Source: Amoebophrya sp. A120 (taxonomy: Eukaryota; Protista; Dinoflagellata). Taken from it: a DNA stretch of 64,000 nt. Location of the stretch: the NCBI GenBank assembly GCA_905178155.1, contig CAJINV010000004.1:9386715-9450714 (forward strand), in the 5' to 3' direction. Positions 1-13,120 of this stretch are shown here, one piece after another. The number at the start of each line of letters is the position of its first letter. Within the stretch, counting starts at the first letter, position 1. The notes under the pieces were generated by a model. That model was not told the DNA's origin and did no database searches. It saw nothing but the letters and a program-made list of their open reading frames with translations. The translations under genes and the position numbers were made by a program.

Positions 1-3000
1 GGGGCAATGTTGTTGACCGATTTCCGCTTGTTGGTGGAGTTTTTGGAACCCGTGTTTGGACTGCCAGCGTTGCCACTGTATCACCTTGAAGATGAGATGC
101 ATCGGGGTCCTCGTGCCCCCGCAAGTAGCAGCTCTACTGACGACCACAGGAGCACCAGCGGCGCGACAACCTTTAGCAACACCAGATTTCGTTCCTTTCA
201 CCTCGAAGTTGTCGACGTGTGCTGCGCAGCGCTCTTGCAACACAATACCATTACCGTCGAAGAGCAAGCCGTCCGCTCTCTTGTCGGGATGCTACTCCGG
301 ACCACGGGGCTGATTCCACCGAATAAAACGACGTCTGGCAGCACAACGAAAGTGAAATTCAAAAAATGCTTCCCAGCGGTTCATCAATTGATCAAATCGC
401 GCCCTGAAATTTTTCTCCAGCCCACCGGGGTCGCGATCAGGAATGTGGTTAGTTTGTTAGGCAATGGTGCTAGTACAGACGGTGGTGGTGGGACAAAACA
501 ACCTGCGGCTTCTTTTGAAACGAAAAAGGTGAAGGAGCTGCTTGGAACAATTCGGGAAAACTTCTCGTCTGCACTTGACGACGTGCAAGTAGTTGCAGCT
601 TCAACAACATCCGGCGCTCGAGTTGGTGTTGGAGGCTCCTCGTCTTCCTCGATGAACAACGATGTTGGCAACATCTTCGTACCCAGCAACAGCAAGCGGT
701 ACCAGAAGTTTCGGCTGAAGACAGAAATTACCCGTCGTTTATTGGACTTTGTCCCCGCGTCCCAACAGGTCATCGAGAGTGTCCAAGATCACTTGGCACC
801 CAACGCGTGGGCGTACACGAGTATCTTGGGCCTTTGCGCCTCAGAACTTCACGACTTCGACTATTGCAAGCAGATCAACGACCGGGGCACAATCGAGCAG
901 TTGTTACCGCATCTCGGGGACAGCTGGCGGATTGAGCACGAAGCGATTGAGCGGGAAAAAAGGCGAAGAAGCAGTATGCTCGGTGGAAATGGAAATCGAA
1001 ATGAAGGCGGTGACAACAATATGGACGTAGAAATGATGGAAAACAACAACAGCACTGCCAGTGGCGTGAAAAAACGGTTGAACTTTGAAGACTCCGAGTC
1101 GGCGGGTGGATTTGGTCATCAACAACATCCGCAAAAGTTGCGGAAACTGTCAACCGAGAGCAGCGGAATAAATGCCGCAGCTGTGGCCATGTCTCAATCG
1201 GTGCATGTCGTCGACCCGCTTAGGAGTTTTATTCACGAACAGGAAAGCCGGATGCAGACGCAGAGCTATTCCGGTGGGCCTGCTTCGCCGCCGATGGCTG
1301 GAATGTCGTCGGGTGACCTCCAAGGAATGGTTGGTGTTGGAGGAGCTGCTCGTGGCAGGGTTGGAAGTTCCGGGGAAGAAGTCAACAATCCACATGGCGA
1401 AGAGCAGGACCCCTACCAGCCCCTCGTTCCTTGCGAGAAGCTTCTGCAGCTCGCGAAGGAAACCGGGCGGCCGCAGTGCTTGAGGTTCATTGACGTAGCC
1501 GACTGGAGCAACTTATGTGGAGAGTTGGAAGTAGATCAAGCCAGGGACGACGAAAGTCCATCTGGATCTGGAGCAGGTACTACCCAAGCAGCTACGTTCG
1601 CCGAATATCTCTCCGAAGGGCCTATCGCAATCTCGAAAGGATACAAATCCGGTATGCGTATGCTTCAGGACGATTATACCAGAAAACGCAATAGAATGAA
1701 TCGGTACGAGTTCCTTTGGGATCCAGCGATTCTGCGGCAATACGACGAACTTTTGCCTTATTTGGAGCACGACTGGTCCACGCGGACCGACGAAAGCAAA
1801 AATCGCCTTACCGTGCAGAACAACCAAATCCTGAGCGCAAGCAACCTCGGAAAGCGCCGCTTCCTCGTGTTTCAGCTTTTGCACCTCCAAACCCTCGTTG
1901 CCCACCCAGTCCGCGAGCTGCGGATGCTGGCACTGCAGGTGGAAAGCGCCTTACGAAGTAGGGGTGTATCAAATATTAAACCAACATCGTCCGACTTCGA
2001 TCACGCGTCGGTTTTTCTGCACAAGAAGCTGCTGCGATTCGGAGACGCGAAAGCCGACCCAGCGGTCTACGTTCGGCACAAGAAGGGAATAACTCCGACA
2101 ACTGCGGTATGGGAGTGTCAGGATTGAAATCAACAAAATCGAAACAATTTGTGATGCATAAAATCGATACCAGTTTGAGCTTCAGTTTTCAAGCGGCGCA
2201 TGACAAATTTCGGGAGCACCAAAATAGAGTCTGTGATGCTGTTTGGGCAAAGAAGACTGCGCCTGTCATGCTACTCTGGCAGCACATCGTCTTCCCATAA
2301 ACAGGCTTGCAATCAGTCTCGTTTGCCTGCTCCCCAACACAGACCATACGTGCCCTACATCTTATGCATTACAAGTTTTTCGAATTTCGATTTTGTCGAT
2401 TTCGATTCTGACACTTTCATATGCGGGCTGCTTCGAGCCCCTGGACTGTTACTTTCCTGTAGAGGGAAAGGTTGCTGCTGAAGCAGGTACTGTGCCGGCG
2501 CTGATGGCCGCACCTCTTCATCAGAGTGGAAACAATAAAAAGGCCATAGTAGCGGCAAGAAGGAACTCGATTTCGGCCATGACAACGCGCGCGAAAGATT
2601 TCGTTTCAGCTTTTGTAAACGAAGAAAACGAAGATCACGACTTGCTTTCCGACGAGACGCTCGAATTGTGCCTCGACGATAGCAAAAAACTGGAGTCCAG
2701 AACTATTCCGCAGTGGGCGAGTGCGACTTTACCGGGTTTTTTCCCAGCCGCTTTTTCAGCGAAGAACAGCCCGGCCGTGCGGATGGCAATGGGAAATGCG
2801 ACACTGCGGGCATTGTTGGAAGAACAGAAGCTGTTTGGCGTAGACGGTTCAGGAGGAGAAGGTGACAACCTGCATCAAAATCGAGTTGATGTCCGTGCAC
2901 CTCGCAGCGGCTTGTTCCCGTCAGGAAAAGAAAGCCAGTCGCTGGAGACTGCAGGGAACAAAGGCAGGGCAGTGCCGAAAGCAGCGGTCGCAGACCCCAC

Positions 3001-6000
3001 CGGTAGCTCCTCTGCGCAATTTGAGGCCACTGTAGCGAGCATGAGTTGTGGCGAAGGCATGAGTGGCGAAATGGAAAGGTTGTTTGGGTCCAGTTCGATG
3101 CCGCCAGTGGAAACAAACCAAGAATCGGCAAGAAGTGCAAACTCTTCTAGCGCGGCATCATATGACTCGGTGTCCCAGCATGGTGCCAACGCGCAGGCAT
3201 CCTCACCCCTGTACTCCCACTTGCTCGAGCGGTTACTTCAGCTCTGGGAGGGTTTCTTAGATCCAGATGTTTTGGCCGCTTGTTGTTCCTGTGGAGATGA
3301 CAGTACCTCTGAGGAACCACGGCATGAAGAGGACAGTTTTTCGCTCTGGGTACGGCTCTTCGTTGGCGCCGCGCTGCACGAAATCGGTAAGGCCCAGGCG
3401 CAGAGCGCCACGCAGATGAACAAAAAGCAGGAGCAACCAAACCTGAGCATCTTGCCCGGAGCTGAGCACGCCTATCTCCTAGCGCTTCACGATTGCGACT
3501 TCGCGTTAGGAGCTTTTCCGTTTGTTTTCAGTTCGTGTCGCGAGAGGTTGTGGGCGGGGATTTTCCAGAGATTGTGCGAAGCGATGGAGCATGTTTCGGC
3601 TACAGTACCTGCAGCGAATTTTCACGCTAGCTTCGATACTCACGCAGCAGAAAGAGCGCCAAAAACAACGTCTAGTTTTTCACAGGGTGGCAAAAACGGG
3701 TTGTTTCTGCGAAAAGATTTTCTCGAGGCGCTGACTGATCTCGTTGTTTCTGCGATGAAGGACGTGCGCAGAATGCTTACCGAAGAAGATATTGGTTCCG
3801 ACGTCATGAAACCTCCAGGGGCTGGCGCGCTTGCGAACTCGGGCATCTTTCTCAGCCTTCTGGTGCAGAAGCCAGATCTACCGTGGAAAGGAAACAAATC
3901 GTCAGCAGCAGCCCGCCGAGGTTCTGGAAGTGCGTTTCTCAACCTGGCCGAACTGTGCTTGTACATCGACGAGGCGGAGGAAGCTTTGGGCTATGTTGAA
4001 TTGGAGGTGTTGCTGTGCGAAAAGGCTCACGACCGGGCCTCTTTACGTCCGGACATGAGCAGTCCGGATGACGAAGAAGAGGAGATGACCATGAAGAAAG
4101 AGCAGGCAAAGCTACACTTGGCCTCAACGAGCGCAAAGAGGCTTGCTGTTTTCGCAAAAGTCAGCAAGAAGTTGGACATGCCCTTAACTCATCTGCACCA
4201 AATAGGCACCGGGTCCATCGCATCTGTACTGCAGACCAGAGCCTTGGTTTTACCACACTGTGGAAGCTTAGAGCAGATTCTGACCAGCGCGATTTCCAGT
4301 GCGGCTGCAGGGGGATCAACGTCATCTTTTTCGTCGGTATTAAATCGCCCGGACATCTTTGGCTCGTCAGGAAGCAGTGGCGCTGATTTCCAGAGTAACA
4401 ATTTTCTTGCGAGCCTGCGAAACGCAACGGAAGCGGCATTGACAAACGCTGGACTTGGAGCTTGTGCGCTTCTCTTGCAGAATGAAGACCAACATCTAGA
4501 TCCTAATCGTGGCGTCAGATCAGGCGCGCTGACAAACCACGGTACTAGCACAAATACTTTTCTCTCAGATTACAAAGAGCGGCAGGCAAAGACGTTTCTC
4601 GAGCTTGGTCAATGGCAAGATTTGGGAGAATTCGGCGTTTCTGATTTCTCGCATCGAGAACAAATAAACTCGCCACTTTTGCCCGACTCTCCCGCAGAGA
4701 TGACATCACACCTCGACGTCAGCTTGTCGATGAACCAGAGCAATTTAAAAGCAGAAGGCGGTGGTGGACCACATCATCAGCCGCGAAAAATAAAAGCCGC
4801 ATCCAGAATTGTCGGTTTCCACACAGCATTGCTTTCCGCTTTGCAAGAAGGGTCCGATGAGTGCGTCAAAACAGCGCTGCGCTTCACGCACACGGAGTTG
4901 GCTCGCGGCAGCGCTTCGTTTCCGCAGGGTGCTGTGCAGGCACAGATTGCTGCAGACGTCCGATCATATATGGCGTCCGGCCCATCTACGGGTGCAGCAG
5001 GGCGCCAGGGTCCTCGTGGACCTCCCAACAAGCAAGCACAGACACAAAAGCAAGTAGCTGCAGCTGCAAACTATGCCGATTACATTCTGCGAGACTCAGA
5101 GAACGTGGAGGTGCTCTCCTCCACATCTGCAGCCGCGAGCTTTAGTGCGAAGTTGACATCGTCTTCGGAGAACAGTGCGCCTACTGCCCCGTCGTTTACT
5201 ACTTCCTCTTCAGTTAATTTTCCGGGCTCAACTACAACACCCGATGAATTCATCTCGTCGAATATCAAATACCCACATTCCATCTGGTCCAGCGGCACCA
5301 TCGAGCCGCTGCTGGAGGTCCGCCGCGCTCTGACGCTGAAGTCGCGGAACAAAGCGTACTTGTCCGCAGGTTGTGGCGACACCTCGCACGTGCTCGACCT
5401 GAAAACCCTCTTTGGCGGCGCGGCGGAATATGGGGTGCGTGTGGAAGACAAAAGAGCCTTCGCTACCGCGGAGAAAAAGCGCAGTGGTCTGAAGATTCTC
5501 CAAAAGACGTGGGAGGCCGCGAACAAATCCGCGTTGCTGCATGGAAAATTTCTACGATCCGTCAGGAGAAAGCCTGAGTCGGCGATTAATGTGTTAGCAA
5601 GTGTCAGCACGGCTTCGAGTTGTAGTTTGATACACGTCGGCGGTCCTGCGACATCAGCGTCGGCGCTCGACACAGCCGAGGCGAATCTGGAAAATGTGAA
5701 ATACCTGAACCAAACGATCAGCAGGATAAGCAGGATTCTGAAGCAGGACGCACAAGAAAGGCAAACAGCTTCATCTTCATCCCGAGGTGGCGCGGCAGCG
5801 GGGCATAACTCCGCCTTATCAAGCAGTAACTTGCGCCCGCCCCTAGACCTCCCGCCCTTTCGTGAGATGGTGGACCTGGTGCGCTCGAACTTCGAGCGTG
5901 AGTACCAAATTGCCTCTTGTCTGTGGCACGAGAACTCCCGTTCGCAGGCGGTGGGGTGCTTAAAACACATTACGGAGTCCGTGGAGCACGTTTGCAGCTT

Positions 6001-9000
6001 CGCGAATTTGGTGCAGGAAAGAGTGGTGGGCCCCTCGGAGGGAAAGGTAGACGTGTCAATGGTTTCCTTGACAGGAGGGGGCACCAGTTTTGCTTCTGCT
6101 CCTTCTGTAGCGCACAAAGTGCAAAAGATGAATTCGTACCTCCGCTTGCAGATCTTTGCCGCGAAGGTGACGATGCGACTTGGTGAATGGCAGTACAAGA
6201 TATCCGCAAAAAACAACCATCCTTGCCATCCAATTTGTCATGCTAAAGAACTTGCATAAAGATAAAACTAAAAGTAAAAGTTCGAGTTGCACGCAAAATT
6301 TGCCATGCAAGAAATGGATGGGGATGGTTGTTTTTTTGTGGATACAAGACCGGCAAGACGCAAGACGGCCAGGCTTTGCTGCAAAGGGCGACGCAAAAGG
6401 TGGAAGAATCACTGAGGGTCCAGGAAGCGCACAACCAAAAAAGCCCGGAAACGTTTTTCGACGCCCAATTTCTGTACCTGAAGCCGTTCATCCAGTACGC
6501 AACCTGTTTAGATGAAACGTTGAAGACGTTGGAAAGCAACGCCGTCATGATGAAGAAGCAGAAGGAGCAGCTGCAGCGGATTCTCAGCGACGAGCGCAAC
6601 AACTACGATGTACATGGAAACCTTGTGACCCCTATGCACGCACAAGATTCGCTGAGGGGAACGCAAACTTTCGACGAGACGATAAAAGCGTACGTGGAGC
6701 ACACGGTGGAAGCGTTGTTGAAAGTTCTGTGTTTGTACGACGACGGGTACGCCGTCAAGCGAACGCCTTTCTACAACAGTGCGCCGTCGGCCAGTAAGTC
6801 ACCAGGAACATCTTCAAGGGAAAACATTTCGAAAAGAAATCGGGATCCGCACTCTGCCAGCCGGAACAAGTACCTGCAACGGCTGACTCTAATCACCTCG
6901 CGGCTGCTCGTCCTCTGGTTCAATTATCCGAGCATTGCCACCCCTTGCATCAGACGAGCCATGGCCATGCCGCCCTCCCGCGCAGCAGACCGACTCGTGA
7001 AAAGCCCGCGCTCGATTGAATATGAGAAGCCTGAAAACCGTCTGAAATTGAAACCGTTCGTCCCCTTTCTCCGCCAGCTCGCTTGTCGTTTGAGCTTTTT
7101 ACACAAGACGGACGACGGAGACGTCAAGATGGAGCGGAATATCAGCAACAAGAGCCACAGCAGCGAGGCGAGCGGATCGAGCAGCAAAAACGGAGCAGTA
7201 TCTTCGTCCTCCGGGAACAATTCTTCGCAAAACAGCACCCCTGGAGGCAGCTCGCTGGACCGGAACGCGAACTTTCAAGAAACGCTTTGGGAGCTGCTCA
7301 CGCGGCTTCTGCTCAACTACCCTTTCGAGGCCACTCCGGTTCTCTTGTTGCACAAGAACGCCGAACTAATTGTCCACACTAAAAGATCGCAGCAGCGCAA
7401 ACTGCAGCTAAACGCCGGAACGTCGTTTACCAAAGTGCCGCAGGCGGTCCAGGAAATCTTCAACGAAGCCCGGCGCCGGGCGGCAGCATTGGTGGTTGGG
7501 GACGCGAAGAGATCGAACGCGTTTCTGTCCATGATGTCAAAGTGGAGAGCAGAAAAGTTGTCTACTATTGCACCGATAGTACCGCAAGGCCAAGGGGTGA
7601 ATAACAACAAGCTACTACTTTCCGGAGCCTCCAGCGGACAGCAGCAGCCATCCGGTGGATCCGCTTCTTCAATGAATTCGCTGGCTCCGCAGATAAATTT
7701 CGAACTCGGAACATCAAGGGGGAAGAACATTATTAGCGGACCCAACAGCATGGATCATGCTCATGGGGTTCTAGACCAAGAACTACCGGGCGGTAGCTTT
7801 TCTTCTGGTGCAGGAACAACCTCCTCAAGTCTGAACCCCATCGTAGGTGCGCTGCGAAATTTGCTCGGCAAAGCAGCTACGGCAAAGAACAAAACGAGCC
7901 CACCGGATCATGAAAGTGGCTCTAGTAATAGCAGTAGTGAAAGCTGCGATGAACAAGATGGTTCGGGCAACATCGAGAACCTTCTCTTCAAGCTGCTCGA
8001 GCTGTACCAGCAGAAAAAATCCGACTCCTCGGTCGGTCGCCGCGAGTGGCAGGACCAGCTGGACTTTTTCCGCACCGAGCACAACTTTTCGGACGTGCGC
8101 AACCTGAGCCACTTTTTCGTGTTTCCGAAAAAGAGTAAAGCGGTGGAACACAGAAAGCTCGAGAAATACGTGTTTGATGCGAGAAAGGCGAAGCAGCTCC
8201 CGGTAAAAGCGACTAAAGCAGACTGCAAGGAAACCGCGCTTTCCCACCGCGTCACCGCGTTGGAGAAAATCTTTTCCTGGTGCATCGAGCTGTGTCACGA
8301 GCTGCCTCCACACCCAAATGGCATAGACTGGAAGGACGAAAAACGGGTCATGCCCATCACCAAGTCGGCGGTACAGGCGGAGACGCACAAGCAGTGCAAG
8401 CAGTGGGCGACGTGGTGGCCGAGCCTGACCGCTTACTCGGACATTCACTACCAGTACCGTGAAGCGGACCTGCTCACGGGGTGGTCCGACACCTTTCAAA
8501 TGGTGGGCAGCGGGGTCTCCGTGCCGCGCAGCATCATCGTGGTGGCGGAAAGCGGGAAGGCGTACAAGCTGCTGGTCAAGGGCGACGACGATGCCCGACA
8601 AGACTGCATTTTCGAGCAGATTTTCATGCATTTGAAGTCCGTCGCCGGAAGAGCCGCGCCGGGGGGCGGGGGAAAAACCAACAAAAACGTGTTCGAGCAC
8701 CTGGTCACCTACAAAGTGATACCGCTCGCACCGCAACAGGCCGTGATAGAGTGGGTCGACCCAACAATGCCCGTCGGAAGTTGGCTGCAGGTATTGCTTC
8801 AGTTTATTGTCAGAAGTTGTTAGTTTAGTTGAGCAACACGTATTTTTATTTCAATTGCAGCTCATGGCCATGGATATTTCATAAAGATGAGCATGGAACA
8901 CCAAAAAGTTTTCGTCCAAATTTTTCAACAAAGAAACCCTCGATTCCGAAGAAGAAAATGCATTCGAACAACAGGACGCTGGCGGCGGGCATGCGCGCTA

Positions 9001-10338
9001 TAATCCACAGGATTGGGCAAATGCCCGATGTCGCGCGGTCATGAACGAAGGCCACTTTACGGGTTTTGTGCAAGACCCGGCCTTGCGAGACAAGAAAATC
9101 GCGGCGTTCAGGAAGTGTTGCGAGAACTTCCAGCCCGCGCTATTGTGAGGAAAAATCCCCCCTCCCCATATCGAAAAGATACGTCGCCGAAAATTTGCAA
9201 TGCTGATTTGCGACCACAAATCATCTCTGTCTTGCAAGAAGGCAAGTCCACAGGCTCCGCCGCATTCTGCAGGCGGTTTGTGATGCTGTTGGGCCTACAG
9301 CGCAGACGTTTCTCATGCTAAGAGCCTAGCCCAAGACCTCTCTACTCAGGCTTAGTATGGACCTGCAGTCCTCTCCAGCAAGACAAATCCGATTTGTGTA
9401 CGCAAATCCAGCATCACAGACTTCGTTTTGATGTGGGGTGGGGGCTTTTTTCACTTTGATACGCGCTGAAGTACTTCTTTCTCGAGAAATTTGGGCACAA
9501 CGCGGTCAAACACCACGAGGCGCTGTATCAAGTGTAAAAATGTCTGGGTCTGGAAGATTCTGAGATTTGTCATGCATGTTTTACATGACCTAGGATGTCT
9601 GTAATGCGCGACCTGACATCACAGATTTTTAGAGTGCTTGCTGATGCCTACTCCGCATGACAAACGCCCTCCCCGCGTAGCGCAACCTAGACTCCTCTTG
9701 CTGGTCATGCAATACAGATTTTTTTAGATGAGTCCAAAGCTAGCGTCACAAGTTCCATCCTCCCAGACCCAGACATTTTTACAGTTGATACGCTGACGGC
9801 GTATGCGAAATCGTTGGCGGTGACCTCGATGGTCGGGTATGTTCTGGGCGTGGGCGACCGGCACGTGAACAACATCATGATGAATTTGAAAACCGGCGAG
9901 ATCCTCCACATCGACTTTGGCATGGTCTTTGACTTTGCGAAAAATCTCCCCGTTCCCGAGGAGGTGCCCTTCCGGATGACGCGCGACTTGGTGCACCCGC
10001 TCGGGTGGCAGGGGTTGCAGAACGGGGTCTTTCGGAAAGGATGTGAGTACGCGTTCGAACTGCTGCAGCAGCACGAGGAATTGCTGTTAAACCTGTGCGA
10101 AGTCTTTCTCTACGACCCCATCACGCGGTGGAACGCGCGCCAGGAGTGCGAAACGGCGGCCGGCGGGGAGCAGGCACTGCAGAGCATACGGAGCAAGTTG
10201 AGCTTGACCGACTGTCACAGCAAGTCCGGGCTGAGCCAGTTCAAGGACGTGCCGGCTTTCCTGGACTACTTGTTGACGAAAGCAACGGACCCAGTGAACC
10301 AGGCAGTGATGTTTGCCGGGTGGAGCTCGTGGTGTTAG
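1..10338 (+). CDS. ATM: ATM/Tel1-like PIKK serine/threonine kinase (5'-incomplete, about 3030 codons in window)
   Basis: Exons approx 1-2107, 2427-6200, 6350-8790, 8975-9140, 9467-9525, 9796-10338 join in frame (9090 nt). Kinase motifs LLVKGDDDARQD, YKVIPL, CENFQPALKYFFLEKF, GYVLGVGDRHVNNI, HIDFG, PEEVPFRMTRD, EVFLYDP. FATC end ATDPVNQAVMFAGWSSWC. Confidence 0.9.
2108..2421. mobile_element. Introner-like TIR element, family C (non-canonical intron in ATM)
   Basis: TIR tatgggagtgtcaggattgaaatc / gatttcgattctgacactttcata; TSD TGCGG; removing 319 nt joins the two ORFs in frame. Confidence 0.9.
6201..6344. mobile_element. Introner-like TIR element, family F (in ATM)
   Basis: tatccgcaaaaaacaaccatcc / ggatggttgtttttttgtggata; TSD CAAGA; frame restored. 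Confidence 0.9.
8791..8974 (+). other. Canonical GT-AG intron in ATM
   Basis: cag|gtattg...caacag|gac; joins WLQ to DAGGGHARY, matching the ATM kinase region. Confidence 0.8.
9141..9461. mobile_element. Introner-like TIR element, family G-like (ATM kinase domain)
   Basis: tattgtgaggaaaaatcccc / ggggcttttttcactttgata; TSD CGCGC; join gives FQPALKYFF. Confidence 0.85.
9526..9790. mobile_element. Introner-like TIR element, family A (ATM kinase domain)
   Basis: tatcaagtgtaaaaatgtctgggtctgg / ccagacccagacatttttacagttgata; TSD CGCTG; join gives EALTAYAKSLAVTS. Confidence 0.92.
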
Positions 10339-10884
10339 TGACGGGGTCGTTGTGTACGTAGAACCATCAGAAGTGAATTATTCATTTCTGATTGTTTTAC
10401 TCACTTTTGTAGAAATTGGATGAAATCCTCAAGATGCAAATGCTTATACTTTTACTTTGTGAGAAAGGCTCAAGGAACCTCGCACTGCTCGGACCCCGGT
10501 GCGGGGGGAGAGTTTTTAATGTGTCCGTCAGTACTCCTCCCCAAAGTGATGTTCCCGATTTACCCGACTTAAAAGTAAATGATTGTGATTGTCTTCGAGT
10601 AGGTCTCTCTCTCATCAGTAAGGACAGACAGCAGTACTTGCGCACTAGAGTGACAATGAGTGAAAATCTAAATCGTCTGATCGTTCAGCTTTTTCGCTCA
10701 CCGCCAAATAATCGAAAATCGCAAATCGTTGATCGTACTAAGTCGTGCTACAAATTCACCTTCGCACCACCACAAGTCCTTTATCACCGCACTAACAGGG
10801 GAGTCGTATGCAAAATATTAAGATTTGATTCGCGTTCCAGTATTGATTTTTCAGACTGTATAGCAAACTGCAAAAACACTAACC

Positions 10885-12213
10885 ATGCCGAATCCTAATC
10901 CCGGTGGTGGCGCCGCAGAGCCGAAGGAACCAAAGAAGTCGCAGAAGGCGAAAGACGACGAGTCGAACGGGGAAGCGGCACAAAAAAGCAAGCGTGGAAG
11001 GAAGAAGGGGAGTACGAAAAACACGCCGAAGATTGCTGCCACGACGCCTACAGCCACGCCTGGAAACCGCTTGCTCGCGATTGAAAAACAAGTGTCCGAG
11101 TTGCGCTCGCTGAACATTATATCCATCAAGGGATTTGGTCTTCGTCCTTTCTCCATATGGTGTCAGGAGGCACAGGAGGAGCACGACAAGATGACCAAGG
11201 CGGGGAGCGAAGTCGGCGCGGGGGAACAGCAGGAGGAGATGCTGCAAGATGAGGATGGAGACGAAAAAATGAACACCGCTCGGCAAGTAACATTCCCGGA
11301 AGACGAAGATGAGGACGTCAACATGTACTCAAGCAATAAGCGGGCGAACCAGGACGACGAGGAGGAACCCAGCAAGCCATCTCCTATGCTTGAGGCCCAG
11401 TATGTTGCAGATCGGAAGGTGTTCGTAGCCAATTTCGCTGATCACAAGCACCCGGAAAAGCTCAAGTTTTGGAAACGGGAGTGCATACACGAGATCATTG
11501 CGGTACTCAAGGCGAACATCGTAAAGTCGGGGGAGTCGGGACTGCAGGTGCTGAAGGATGAAGCCACCGGAAAAATAACTATTGCAGAGGATCCCGAACT
11601 CAAGTATAGCGAGACGCAGGCAGAGGTTTGCCGGCGCCTCGCGCTCAAGATGGTGAGAGCTTTCAGGGGGATAGAACCTTGTTACATCAGGTTCTTATCA
11701 GTAAATGCAAGCACGGACTGGGCAGATTTGATCTTGCGGCCAAACTCGCAGACTATGGCGCTTAATTCGATAGTACAGTCTGAAGAAAAGAATTGGTGCA
11801 AGATTTACGTCCTACCGATCCTGGTTCGGGAGAACTACCCGCGGTCCCCCGCGGAAGCGAAGAAAACGGCGGCAAAAATCCAGGCGGCAGCGGAAAAGGA
11901 CCAGAAGGATCCGACCGCGGGCACACAGGCGGTGAACACCGAGGACAAGAAGGGCGGCAAGGGAGGCGCGAACCCAAACTCAAAAAAGCAGAAAACTGAC
12001 AGTACGGCGGGAAGCAGCAGTAGCAGTAGTGCTAAGGGAAGTCAGAAGAACCGCGCCGGAACCGGGGCCGCGGCCAGCGCGTCCTCGTCCTCGACAACGG
12101 CGCGAGAGGAAAAACCATCCCAGCCGCAGGTGGTAAAGAAGTCGGGCGTCAATGTGGATCGCCTTCTGAGGACCGGGATTTTGGTGAAGGGGAAAAAGTT
12201 GACGTTCACCTAG
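10885..12213 (+). CDS. LINE ORF1 protein (442 aa; basic and low-complexity ends, short coiled coil)
   Basis: Uninterrupted ORF inside the TSD-bounded element, upstream of ORF2; no CCHC knuckle recognised. Confidence 0.7.
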   Translation: MPNPNPGGGAAEPKEPKKSQKAKDDESNGEAAQKSKRGRKKGSTKNTPKIAATTPTATPGNRLLAIEKQVSELRSLNIISIKGFGLRPFSIWCQEAQEEHDKMTKAGSEVGAGEQQEEMLQDEDGDEKMNTARQVTFPEDEDEDVNMYSSNKRANQDDEEEPSKPSPMLEAQYVADRKVFVANFADHKHPEKLKFWKRECIHEIIAVLKANIVKSGESGLQVLKDEATGKITIAEDPELKYSETQAEVCRRLALKMVRAFRGIEPCYIRFLSVNASTDWADLILRPNSQTMALNSIVQSEEKNWCKIYVLPILVRENYPRSPAEAKKTAAKIQAAAEKDQKDPTAGTQAVNTEDKKGGKGGANPNSKKQKTDSTAGSSSSSSAKGSQKNRAGTGAAASASSSSTTAREEKPSQPQVVKKSGVNVDRLLRTGILVKGKKLTFT

Positions 12214-12905
12214 GTGTGGAGAGGCAAGTAGTTTGTAGTCGATGACTAGCGGTGCGCGTACATGCTGGTCTACCTTACTGATGAGAGGGTTGGAGTATCA
12301 TGAAGTAGTTTTTACTTTTGCTCGCCGAACTGAAAACGAGGACTTAATTCGAACCGGAGGTGAAGCTGCGTCGCAAGTCTCGCCGTGTATGATAAAAAGC
12401 TAGAAAGGTGTTTTTGGAGATATTGCAGCGCGGATTCGCCATCGGGGGCTCACTTGAAGACGATCATATCTAAAAAGTAATATCGAGGAACGGACAGCCG
12501 ATCGCTGAACACGGAGGCGCAGACTGGCCGATACGAAGCAGGAGCTGTTGATTGCAAGACAGCTACGAGACCTCTCCAGCGATCGACCCCGCCGTATCCT
12601 GAAATATCGAAAACGGTGTGCAGTTGTGACAAGTTCTTTGTTTTCCATATCGAAAACGGAGGCACTTGAAAAGATATCAGGAGGCGGTAGTTTGGATTTG
12701 GAAGGAGTGCTGATGTCTTAGAAAGTTGAATTGTGGTTCGATCGACGTGCTGCTGCCAATCGCGACGACATCCTGCAGTAAGTGTGCGTGCAGGTGTAGT
12801 CTGATCGGGTGGTTTACAAGATCGAATTTGTGACGGTCACGAGGACCTGATCGGGCCCGCGGTTTGCCAGCCGCGGTGCTTTTTGAAGGCACAAGCACTA
12901 CTATC

Positions 12906-12934
<29 letters not shown>
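12906..12934 (+). repeat. Poly(A)29 tract in the LINE inter-ORF spacer
   Basis: 29 consecutive A. Confidence 0.95.
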
Positions 12935-12939
<5 letters not shown>

Positions 12940-13120
12940 AGAAGAAGTTCCTGCTGCGTTTGTTCCCCCTGAGCAAAGCGCCTTTTATAAGGCTGACGAA
13001 CGTTACAGGAGCAGACGAGTCCTTGAGTGTGTTCGCGACCAGAAGCCGAGACTTCAGGGCACCCGTGAAGAGTTTTGAGAGAGTTTCTTTTTACCGAGCC
13101 AAACACACCCCTACCCCGCG

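Noticed and set aside
12278-12340. CTGATGAG hammerhead-like core in the LINE spacer
   Set aside because: No properly placed GAAA and no flanking stems.
12677-12976. Minus-strand poly-Phe ORF
   Set aside because: An artefact of the poly(A) tract.
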